This document shows positions 53,511 through 64,000 of a stretch of DNA of 64,000 nt, piece by piece. The notes beneath the pieces are model-generated. The model did no database searches and was not told the origin of the DNA. It saw nothing but the letters and a program-made list of their open reading frames with translations. The stretch spans positions 11,532,001 to 11,596,000 of the forward strand of contig CM120646.1 of assembly GCA_051362555.1 (NCBI GenBank), given 5' to 3'. Made by a program: the position numbers and the translations under genes. Source of the DNA: Lingula anatina. Taxonomy: Eukaryota; Animalia; Brachiopoda. Numbering within the stretch: position 1 is the stretch's first letter; every line of letters begins with the position of its first letter.

Positions 53511-54213
53511 CTTTGGCATGCATATCTGGTGTAGGTATAATAAGGTATTACATTTATCCTATGTGTGGTGTGGGTTTTCCATGGCGGTGGGCCGCATAGG
53601 AACCCTCTAAAGGTCTATATTAACCCAATTATTATTGTGGAAATAATTCATCAATCAGTTGAGCTGTCTTCAGTAACGTAAACACCAGAAGCATGTTAGT
53701 ATTATGAGGATGTTTTAATGAATGGACCCATTTGGAGCTCAATACTATCATTGGGCTATAGAGACAATGGGCATTTTAATTTTAAATTTTAAAGTTTCAA
53801 ATATTCCAAAACAGAGAATCGAAAATTAGCCTACTTAGAATTTATTTTATGACTTTCTTGGTAGTTTCGTCATTTTAAATAGCCCGATTGGGGCTACGGG
53901 AAATCAATTACATGTTCGGCGATTTAATCCTAAATTGAAGTATCACTATTGCTACTAGTTCTAACGCTGCCAACAGAGATTACTTACCGGTAAACTGAGA
54001 AATTCAGGGTGGTTAAAAGATGAAGAGTAAGATAAAAAAAATGTTGCCTTATATAAAGCTGTTTGTACGGGGGATGCACAGAATGGGGAATTGTTATAAG
54101 ATCAAATGACCAAGATCCTGATAATCTGCCATTTTTTCTTTGTCACCTTTGCCTACCTGTAAGTTGTGCAGGTATCTACGTGAAAATTCACCCTAATTCA
54201 AGGATGGAAGTTA

Positions 54214-54440
54214 AGCCTAGATAACATTTACACGGGCGCTGTGCGATGAAATTGTCTTTACGTTTTTTTCGGTCTACGCCGAGTATGTCTACATTACATA
54301 GCCTTAAATCCGTACGATTCCGTTCGATTTCGCACGGCTAGAGTCTACATGTACCTCAGTTCAGACGCCATACGAAAAGGGGTATTACGGGCAGTATAAT
54401 TGCACCGTACGGGCATCACATTTTAAATGTAATCTAGGTT
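54214..54440. mobile_element. Harbinger-type MITE
   Basis: TIR-like ends AGCCTAGATAACATTTA / TAAATGTAATCTAGGTT with TTA on both sides. A related partial copy ends GTGTAATCTAGGCTTA at about 50175. Confidence 0.6.
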
Positions 54441-55942
54441 TTAATCATAAGCTTCCATGGTCCTTGGCGGCCAAAGACTTACTGTAGAGAGAAAAAAGTG
54501 GATAACAGAAAAGGACCCGGGGGCCAATTAAAGCGAAGCCAGACACTGACAATCCTGGCCTCGAGAAATATAATTATAAAAGATGTGCACACAATAACAT
54601 TCAGGTGCACAATAGCATTTATGTAGCCAAATGTTCACAAGCACAACGAAGCTCTGTTTTTGCTCCAAATTAAGTAGGATAAGTCCATATGACTGAAATT
54701 GTCATTTATTAATGACGAAAACTAATAAGATACAAAGTTACAAAACTGGGGAGATAATAAACATCCCCCAAACTATGTAAGTGCTAAATATAAAAATTAT
54801 AAAGTATGTTAATGAAATGTAACCAGGATTAATTATGAAAAATATGAGAAATCACAACAGCTATAGGAGCAAAAAGTTGGCGCAAATGAAAGTGCATCTA
54901 ATAGATAGATCATCAGAGACGTTTCATATATTTGTATAAGCATTTATTACCAGCCTCCCTTACACTATGCCCCTACATAAGCACGTTGACTGTGAAGTTA
55001 CTATTACCGTACCCCACTAAAACACTGTACAAAACCACTCTGCTTTACAACACGTTTGTAACTTACTGGCGCACCCTGTGGTCAGAGAGTACTACTATCG
55101 TCTCCAATGCGGTCTGTTAGCTCAAGTAGGAAAAATAAATAAAGGCGATACATTAAAGGTATACGTATTTTGATTCCCTAATTTTAGATACCTCTGAAGT
55201 GTAAATACTCTGACAAGTGAAAAGTGAAGGTTTAATGAAGAGTTTACTCGCACATTTTAAGGAAGCACTTCTACTTTGATTGCATATATATTTATCATTC
55301 ACCTTACAAACGTCAACGTCATCATTGCGCCAAATTCGCAAATTCGGATTAAATGATTAAAACCACAGAGCGCTGGTTCAACTGAAGCATTGGTAGTTAC
55401 ATTCTTACTGAAAATAAAAGAAAAAAAAACGAATATACGGCTACTTATTAGACTATATACGTGTTAATCGTCCGTTATAACTGAATTAAACATATATATA
55501 TATCCGTGGCCAAGATTTTGCTGATAGGGAAGGGTAAAGCCAGGAACAGAGGGTGAGCAACAATTTGCTTGGTATAGCAGAGTACGTTTGCAGGTAAAAT
55601 ATTTACAGAGAAGCCAAAGCTTGTATTCTCCTAAAAACTGCTATATTTTCTGTATAACTTCCTCCTCCATTCTGGATTTTTAACTTTATCACATACATAT
55701 GCCAGTGCTTGTCTCCTAAAAACTATGTACGTTGCCAAAATAAGTACTTCTTTGTCTCATATGTGTATTTTACTAATATTTGCGAAATAACATGAAACTT
55801 CATCGAAATTGTTTTAAAAGGGATACCAAAAACCAAAAACCCACAAATTGAAGGGACGTGATGTCATTTCATTTTCCCCAGTGCCCTGGCCCCATCAGTG
55901 TGGACGGTGGTTCCCGAGCTGTTTAGTTCATTTATTCGCGTT

Positions 55943-57909
55943 TCATGATGTAAAGCTCGTAGTCAGGTGATTCCCGAGCGTTCCGGTGGGCGCGGAGAAC
56001 TCGTACTGCTGAACCATCGAGGTCAGGAAGAGAAAAAATTCAATCCTGGCCAACTGCTCACCAAGGCAGGCACGGGGACCTACAATGAATTTTGTAAAAG
56101 CAAGACGCAAAACATCTCCGGATCTTAAGTTAGATATAAAGATTTTAATCCGTGAGCTTTTCTCTAATTACCAATTAACTATAAATATAAATGTAGTCGT
56201 ATAACTATAAATATAATATATACGACCAGTTGAATATAGAAATTCCTATCAGCGATTGTTAAAGACAATGCATGGTATACAGTGCATGGTATACCATGAC
56301 AGGGTAATAACTCAGCAATTTACCTCTATCACCATGGCATAAGTGTATCCAAAACCCTTTCGATGATGACTTAAAAGCTAGAAACTTTCAATTAAAAAAT
56401 GTGATAGGATTGAAAATATATATACATATACCTTGGTGATTAAGGGGAATATGTTGAAATCTCCAGAATACATTATTTATAATTTTTTATCTATACATAT
56501 TAAAAGTATTTACAGACATCGTGAGCCTTTTAAAAATGCAAAACCAATAACTTAAACACTTCGAGTCCATCCTACAAGAACCCACATACCTAGGAAGAAG
56601 GGGAGAAACGCTTTACTGGGCTAGTAGAATTCGCCAGCCTTGTTGATCCACCTCTCAGGTCGAAACTCCTCGGGTTCGGGCCACTCCTTGGGGTCCATGT
56701 GAACCGAGTAGATGTTCGCCGTGCAGACAGTGCGTTTTGGTATTACGTACCCACACAACTCCACTTCATCTTGGGTCACGTGGGGGACGGATGTAGGTGC
56801 TGGAGAGAACGAGAAAAATACTGGTTTTCACTGTCTGAGAAGTTGTCGTAAATAAATGATCTATAGTCACGCCATCCCCACCCCCACCCGACCACACCCA
56901 TCGTGTCTGTGAGTACAAATTCTTTGCAGTTTGTCGCTAGCAAAAGAAACCACGTTTTATACCTAAAATTCGAAATAATCATGATTATACTGCCATGATC
57001 CAAAGTATCCAGTGTTCGTGTTTGGTGTTTAAGATTGTCTTGTTTGAAGTTTACATTCCATTAAAAAAGGTGTACAAGTTTTTTTTTTTTTTTTTTTTTT
57101 TTTTTGAAGCGAGACGTACGAAGGGACGGACCCAGAATTATTTGAATTGGGGTAGTTTTTTTTTTTTTAAGGAATGACAGGCCTCCAACACGAAGCCTTG
57201 TCAAGAGCCCCGAAAAAAGGTGTTTTTGAGAGCAAACGGTGCCATTTGGTACGGTTTAGAACTAAGCTTCATCTAGTCATAATTCTTATTTCAAGAAGGG
57301 ATACTGCTGTAATTTCTTTTCAGAAAACTAAGGGGGGACAAGACACCACCACTAAGTCCTCCACTGCGTACAAGTGGTCGGATAAAACCCTGCACCCTTT
57401 GATACGATTGACTGAAGACGTAGGTCCTTTGGGAAACATGATCAGGTACTATTCTTTAGACAGAAAAAGTAAGCTTTCTACCTACCAATATTAACAACCC
57501 GCATCATATCAGAGATGAACGCCTGCACATAGGGCAGGTGCGGCTTGTCTTGGAGAGAAGGGCGGCGGCCATTGTCAATCACCTGAAAAGAGGATTTGCC
57601 AATGTAAAACGGAAAGGCTCTTCAATCTTGACTTAATATTTTTGGCGTATTAATGCACTGTTTTTAAATCTTCGAAACGGGTCCCCTTTTGTTTTATTAT
57701 TTGATAAATTCTTTCTGCTGCTGTGTAGTGTTCTGGTTTACGAATAAGACAATAAACCATGTTCTCTATCACCTGCATTATTTCTTTGTGCAATTCCCTC
57801 TGGATTTCTGGGTAGCACACCAAAAAGAGGATGGCCCAAGTAGTGGAGAGAGAAGTAGTTTCTGTCCCCGCAGAAAACAGATCCACTATGGCTCGAACCA
57901 TGCTTTCAT
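55943..57909 (-). pseudogene. Cytochrome P450 (CYP2-clan-like) pseudogene, 3' four exons only
   Basis: Minus-strand exons: 57909-57773 (I-helix DLFSAGTETTS), 57582-57486 (LPYVQAFISDMMR; ExxR appears as DxxR), 56799-56590 (FRPERW, in-frame TAG at 56623-56621), 56079-55943 (heme motif, spliced FFLGPRACLGEQLAR, short C-terminus). Splice phases are consistent. No 5' exons were found. Confidence 0.9.
57125..57366. mobile_element. Second copy of the short element at 7040-7325, inside a P450 intron
   Basis: Shares CCAG.ATTATTTGAA, GTGCCATT.GGTACGGTTTAGAACTA and ATTTCAAGAAGGGA, and ends CCACTG. Confidence 0.55.
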
Positions 57910-58379
57910 CTGGAGAAAAAAATAAATGTGCCATAATGACGGTACATTTATAATAAGGACTCGCCCAGGAAGCAATCAAGCCAGCAGGCCCAGTTTTGGT
58001 TCACACAGTTAAAGAGTGAACAAACTGGAGTTTTGTGGGCTTAGGGTGTACCCAAGGATTCTGTATGGGCCCCACGAGGACTACTCTTAAGGGCTATTTT
58101 CCAATGAAACTATCGTTCAACGTAGATCTACCCAACCTAGATTGCGGGGACTATAGTTGGATGCAATGAAATTGATAGATAAACATCCCTACTCCTGAAG
58201 AATAGAGAAAAGTTGGCGATTTTAAAAGTCCGTTGGAAACAAGAGGAGGCGTCCTTAACTACACGTGACTGACTGTAGAGAAAAATTGCTTTTCCGCAAT
58301 AATGAAAAAATCATTTTGTCTTTGAATACTGTAAAAATAATTCAGAGAGGTACACCTACATATATAATTCTTGGGCAAA

Positions 58380-58815
58380 CCTGCCATAGTTGTATGGAGG
58401 CACCGGAACCTCGACGCCAAAATACCAAAGCCGTTCTCTACCACACTTCGAGCTCGGGGGTCCGGTAATTTAAAATTCTTGCTTCGTGGCTTAAAAATCG
58501 ATTTGGGTAAGGCTTGATGATGGTGGGCTGCAGCGCAAAAGCATTGTCTCCTACGAAAAAAAAGGGGGTGTCCTGGTCATCATGGGGCAGAGGGTCATGG
58601 TCTGGAATTCCAAGGGGAATGGCTTCTATCTCCCTAGTCTGACATTGAACCACGGGCACCCACACCGACCCATATGAATTTATAGTCTGCGTCTACAACG
58701 CCCAAAACAACTATGGAAAAAATTCATTGTAGTTATAACACTAGATTCAATGGGCTTCTTCATTCAGACGTTCTTGGCTATGGCTCCAAGACAATGATGG
58801 AAGTTCCAACGTCTA
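58380..58815 (-). mobile_element. Degenerate PIF/Harbinger (HARBI1-like, DDE_Tnp_4) transposase fragment
   Basis: Minus-strand peptides RRWNFHHCLGAI, FSIVVLGVVDADYKFIWVGVG, PFFFVGDNAFALQPTIIKPYP...ILNYR and VENGFGILASRFRCL, separated by frameshifts and deletions. Confidence 0.88.
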
Positions 58816-59164
58816 GAAGAGCAATATGATGAAAATGTAGATCGTAGATTGAAGGACAAAAAACTAACAAGTCAAATCAAAATAAAACATTTAAAACGAA
58901 ACTACGCATAGAACAAACCGCTAGCAAGGTATGTGTTAGGACGTGTCTCAGCCTATAGAAATGAACAGTACCGGTGAAACTTGACAGAGAGTCCCCCATG
59001 ATAGGGAGTCCGCTTCCCATTTATTTATACAGGTGGCATCACCCTAGATTTTAACCCACCTAGGTAAGATTAACCCTAAACATTATAACTGCATGGAGGG
59101 CGGGCTTTCTGTTACACGGACCCTCAGTTTCGTTACACCGACAGATAAGTAACTGTGTAATTAC

Positions 59165-59391
59165 GATTGGCTAAAAGTAATCGATAATCAAAGGAACAAG
59201 AGGAGACAGGATTGTGCCGGAAGTGACGTCTAGTGGTGTAAGACATGAAACTGAGTGGTCATTTGTATCTAGAGGTAAACGGGAGTGAAGACGTGGGCTC
59301 AGAGAAAAAGCGTTTTTCCAACAACACGGAAAGATAACGTTATTCACACGCTTACAACACTAGATGTCACTTCCGGCACCATCCTGTCTCC
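59165..59391 (+). promoter_or_regulatory. Candidate GT92 promoter: CCAAT box plus overlapping ETS-CRE motif inside a 41-bp inverted repeat
   Basis: GATTGG at 59165 and CCGGAAGTGACGTC at 59217-59230. Arms 59202-59242 and 59351-59391 match at 38/41. The paralogous CGGAAGTGACGTC is at 50711-50723 upstream of copy 3. Function is inferred from motif only. Confidence 0.4.
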
Positions 59392-59799
59392 AATAGTCAA
59401 GTGGAGATTTGTATATGCGCGCACATAGCACTGGCTTAACGTTACCTTATTTGTATTGCAATTTTGTTTTGCTCTATAATTATCTCATCAGACTGTATAT
59501 GCATTATTACGCCAGAAAATGATCCATTAGTTGTTGCATGACAAATGATACACAGGAGGCAGCAGGTAAATTTATTACTGTTCTTTTGTAATATTAAAAC
59601 CGCACTGGTAGCGTATAGCCAATCTCTTTAAATATCCGAAATCTTATGAGAAATTGCCTTGAAAACCTTATACTGCAGTGTTGGCAAACAATCGTAGCGC
59701 ATGTTTTTCGTGTAAGCTGAAAGCTGAAAGGAAAATTTCGGGCAGAAATTAGGCATGTGAAATCAGTTAGACTTGGGAGAGCCATCCTTGCAAGAAAAG

Positions 59800-61590
59800 A
59801 TGTCGCATTCAATCAAGATACTAAAAAAGATACTAAAGATATTTACGCTTTTGGTCTCATTATGTGTACTTTTTCTTGTCTCTGCTTTGACATGGTCTGC
59901 AATTCAGTCAAAACCTGGCGAGTTTAGATACGTGGCATTTGAAGAAACAAAATCAAGCATGAATATCAGTTCTCATGAGTATGAAGACAGTAAAAGAACA
60001 GTTCCTGGAAGAGATGGGAGCAACAAAGCAAATGGATCATACAGAAGAGAAGAGATTTCTTTTTCAAAGTTTTCAACAATCAAATGCTCCAATTTACCTG
60101 CGGTGTCTCCAGATATACCGCTAACCCAGCAGTGGATGCCTGTCATTCTCCCTTCGAATGATTCGCTAGATTATGTTTTCGCAGCATACCTCTACACCAA
60201 TGATGGCAGACGACAGGTGGTAGTAACATCCATGACTTCTGAATACCACGTTCCATTTATTTGTCAGATTTGGGCCCGGTCTAAAGGTTCGGAAGGCAAA
60301 GTAACTCACCGGATTACACCCTGTTCAGGAAGAGCAGTCATGACTCCTAAGCTGTGAGTACATCTTACAATATCTTACAATTAACTCAAAGCAAGCAAAT
60401 TAAGAGTATGTTGATATTAATTCTCATAACTAACGGAAAAAAAATGCTGACATATAATCAGTAGCAGCGTTGTTCACGAGAGTTATTTTATAATCCCACA
60501 CCACCACAAACACCACCAACTGAACATATATGTGACCAAATACCACATTTTGGCACAACGCTAGGCGTGGTGTATGTTTATGTGAGTAAATACAAATAAT
60601 GGTTTCACGCTTATTTCCCTTTTCAACTTAAACTATATCTTTTACAGGTTCAAAGCCACTCTCCTTTACTGTCCCATCAAGACTGACGAAGAACCGTTTG
60701 CAGTTTCAATTGTACAGGCCAAAGACCCGTGTTCAGCCCCACACAATGTTTTAAGAATCCAGGATGCTAGTTTTCCAGACGACAAGAACAACACTGTTGC
60801 CGTATGCGTTAAGCCTCTTTACGGAAGTTATGGTGGCTTTAATAAGACTGCAAGATTGGTTGAATTTATTGAAGTTTACAAAATGCTTGGCGCCGGCTTT
60901 TTCACTATGTATGCTTTTGATCTAAATTGTAACGTTACTTGTCCGATTTTGAAATATTACGAAAAAGAAAAACAACTTTCCATTATACCGTGGCAGGCAC
61001 CGCCAAACCTGAGAACGAAACTGAAGTCACATTCCGATTATACAAATAGGTGGGTCCAAGATGTTGGGCAAACCATAGCCCAAACTGACTGTCTTTACAG
61101 AAGTATGGGGAAGTACACTCACATAGCCATGGTAGACATTGATGAATTTCTCATTCCTAGATCAAACATGACTTTCCAAAAACTATTCAGTGTGTTACCA
61201 AAACATCAAGGAGTGTATACATTTCGGAACAGGTTTTTTCGGTTGGATAATAACCCCCAAAGGCTCTCTGTTGCTTTCAAGGATTCAAGAATTCGAAAAT
61301 ACCGACCAAAAACTATTATAGCTACCCGTGGAATGCGAGCTATAGATAAAAGACCGAAGTACATCGCTCTTGCAAAGGGTGCATGGGGTGCTTTGACACA
61401 CCGCGCAAAATTAAATCATGGTTACAAAGACTATGTGGTACCAGTGGAACTAGGGGCTATGCACCATTATCGAGACTATATTAAAAGACGGGCTGGAGAA
61501 TATGATCCATATATGTTATCATATAAAGAGGAAATACTGCAAAGGATGGAATATGTGTTCAATGAAACAAAGGCGCTGGTAGTTCACTAA
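59800..61590 (+). CDS. Glycosyltransferase family 92 (GALT-1-like), copy 4, about 498 aa
   Basis: Exons 59800-60353 and 60648-61590. Same intron and motifs; ILKK duplication in the cytoplasmic N-terminus (KILKKILKI). Confidence 0.92.
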
Positions 61591-61906
61591 CTTTGGCATG
61601 TATATCTGGTGTAGGTATAATAAGGTATTACATTTATCCTATGTGTGGTATGGGTTTTCCATGGCCGTGGGCCGCATAGGAACCCTCTAAAGGTCTATAT
61701 TAACCCAATTATTATTGTGGAAATAATCCATCAATCAGGTAAGCTGTCTTCATTAACGTAAACACCAGAAGCACATTAGTATTGTGAGGATGTTTTAATG
61801 AATGGACCCATTTGGAGCTCAATACTATCATGGGGCTATAGAGACAATGGGAATTTTAATTTTAAATTTTCAAATATTCGATAATAGAGAATCGAAAATT
61901 AGCCTA

Positions 61907-62560
61907 TAGTCCCCCACCTGATACGAATAAAAGCGTTTAGAAAAGCTCTTTCCTTCAATATGTCAAAGGGGTAAACAATTTTCACGGTGCATGAAGATAA
62001 ACAGTTAAAGAATATCCACAATAAATTCGGCAACCGAGAGGTGCGCCAACATATAGATAATTGCGATAGTATTTATGTCGAAATATCAAAATGAATAGCC
62101 CCGCCGTTCGAGCCTTTTAACCAATCAAAGCAACGGAAAGGGGGTCACGTCACCTTCCCACTAGGCCATGCCATGTAAACAAAGCAGCATGGTCGGCTGT
62201 AATGAAGAGTTTGAGGAGGGAAACGCGAATTCTTCGCCCAATTCTCATCTTTCGTGTTGCATGCACATAGAAGAAGGTAGCTAATTAAGAGACTCTAGAT
62301 ACCATTTCACGTGTTCGCTGGGAAACTTTTAGAGTCGCAGCGAAACAATGGCTGAAATTTGGCAGCAGAGAAGCCACTGCTGTTCAGTGGATCCGTACGG
62401 ATTGAAATAAAGGATTCGACGATTTGGAAGCCAAACCACGATGTCACTTTTCTTGCTACAGAAAGCTAAATAACAAGAAGGGGTTATCTCAGGCGGCAAA
62501 GAAGTATGAGAAAGCTGAGAAACAAGGTAGTCCTGCTGAAGAAGGTATGTCAACATATTG
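61907..62560 (+). mobile_element. Possible left end and decayed first exon of a DNA transposon (Academ-like?)
   Basis: Homology with the copy-3 flank stops exactly at AGCCTA|TAGTCCCCC. Downstream there is a decayed peptide SLDTISRVRWETFRVAAKQWLKF...DDLEAKPRCHFSCYRKL with an H-x2-CY motif, then a GTATGT donor near 62545. Superfamily assignment is from memory and weak. Confidence 0.3.
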
Positions 62561-62782
62561 TAATTTGTTTTTAAGTCAGCCCCGATCGTGTGATGTTAAC
62601 ATTGTACGTGGCTGATGTTACATAACAATACGTGACTGATAAAAGTGATATGAAAGAAAGAAAAAAAGAAAATGATAAAAACAAGTTTATTAGTGTTATT
62701 ATTATTTTATTTGTAATAACACTAAATACTTAGAGGTTTTAAGATTTGAAACAACTCATTCTCTGTTGAATAAGATAGTATA

Positions 62783-62980
62783 AGACCCCATTTCCAGAGA
62801 TTAGATCGATCTACTTTAGGGGTTCACGCTAAACAGCTGTCAGTGGGGCGGGCACGAAAGTTAATTACCCCCTTACAGCTTGTATTAGGCGGGACGAACA
62901 TTTAAGCCGGATTATCTGACAGTAATCTAGTGAGACTCCCCGCAGGGACAGATCAATCTAAAAGCTCTGGGAATACAGCC
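62783..62980. mobile_element. MITE (family A), copy 2, inverted relative to 42790-43005
   Basis: Reverse-complement match, e.g. ACATTTAAGCCGGATTATCTGACAGTAA versus TTACTGTCAGATAATCCGGCTTAAATGT, with a small internal deletion. Confidence 0.8.
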
Positions 62981-64000
62981 TAAGCCAGCTGGACGTTCTT
63001 GCCATGATTAACATCTCGTTATTAGTTCATCCATATTAGCATTGCATTTACACAAAAAAATGTAAGGCTTCACACAACAAGATATACAAACAAATGTTAT
63101 GGTGGGATTTTATGAGACAGAGGCTTAAGTATCATGGTAGAATATTTTATGTTATTTGTGGAGTGGCCCTCCCCCCCAATACATTGCTGCACATGTGCAA
63201 CCATTAGTGAATATAAATATGTACAGGCTAAGCCCAACTTCAATGAGAATGTATTTTAGGGAATATTTACTGTATCTTGTGAGCCAGAAAAAGTAGGATA
63301 GCTTTTCACAGAACAAGCTGCAATGTGATTAATTTAATTAGGACTGTTAGGAATAATCCTTGTAACTTTCCCTTATGAATAGAATCAGTAAAAGTATACA
63401 TAAATAGTATCAATAAAGAAATACGTTGACAAACAGTATCAATAAAGGAATAATGATAATGAGTAGGGTGACTGGAAGATGTAGTTCAGTTAAATAGAAG
63501 AGGCACTTTTATTCAAGGCATCTTATATTAATCTGGGCAGCAGAATGCTAGTGGGCTCCCTTTTAATTATTAGATCTTTAAGCTTGATTAATTTGTCTTT
63601 GTTGCGACAAATATTAAACAGTGGGTCTCATTTGCCTGTAGTTTGTTACAGCTTAGTTCCTCATAAAAGGAACACGCTGAGCCACTAATACATTGAATCC
63701 TATACCTACCCTATGCCCTTTGAATCATGAGGATATATGTAATTATAGTTGTCAGTATCACTTGGTGTCAATCATGTGATAAACTCACATGCTACTGTCT
63801 TATCTTATTTCATTATTATTTATTTGTTTTATAGTTAAATCATAGTGATTGTATATACAATTGCACTTGCAACAATCAAGGATTTGCAGTCTGCTCTGTA
63901 TTTGCTAAATCATTTGTGTATCCAGGTATCCAGATGTTTTTATTTGAAATATGTATTCTCTGTTGTCTTTTTATTTATACAGGGCAACTGTTTTTATAAC

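Larger units (their letters stand above)
50320..53834. repeat. Segmental duplication unit carrying GT92 copy 3; paralogous to 58828-61906
   Basis: Homology starts at GATGAAAATGTAGAT...GGACAAAAAACTAACAAGTCAAATC and ends at GAGAATCGAAAATTAGCCTA in both units. Confidence 0.9.

Overview
AT-rich, intron-containing animal genomic DNA. The gene content and repeat style suggest a marine invertebrate, probably a mollusc (inference); nothing is prokaryotic. From left to right: (1) a 558-bp higher-order satellite (1-2400) that appears to sit inside the end of a DNA transposon; (2) a four-coding-exon, single-BIR, RING-less IAP-family gene (+); (3) three strongly diverged type I membrane immunoglobulin-superfamily genes with the same leader / V-Ig / C2-Ig / TM / cytoplasmic exon plan (two on +, one on -, the last with a candidate leader exon about 11.4 kb upstream); (4) a tandem array of four intact two-exon GT92 (DUF23, GALT-1-like) glycosyltransferase genes plus one truncated copy, with mosaic (gene-conversion-like) relationships and a hypervariable loop; (5) a 5'-truncated four-exon CYP2-clan P450 pseudogene and several transposon relics (Harbinger, Penelope-like, Helentron-like, MITEs) lodged between GT92 copies. 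All gene models were spliced by hand from GT-AG signals and reading-frame phase; none has transcript support. The most interesting candidate system is the divergent V-C2 Ig receptor cluster, flanked by an IAP gene and a diversifying glycosyltransferase array.
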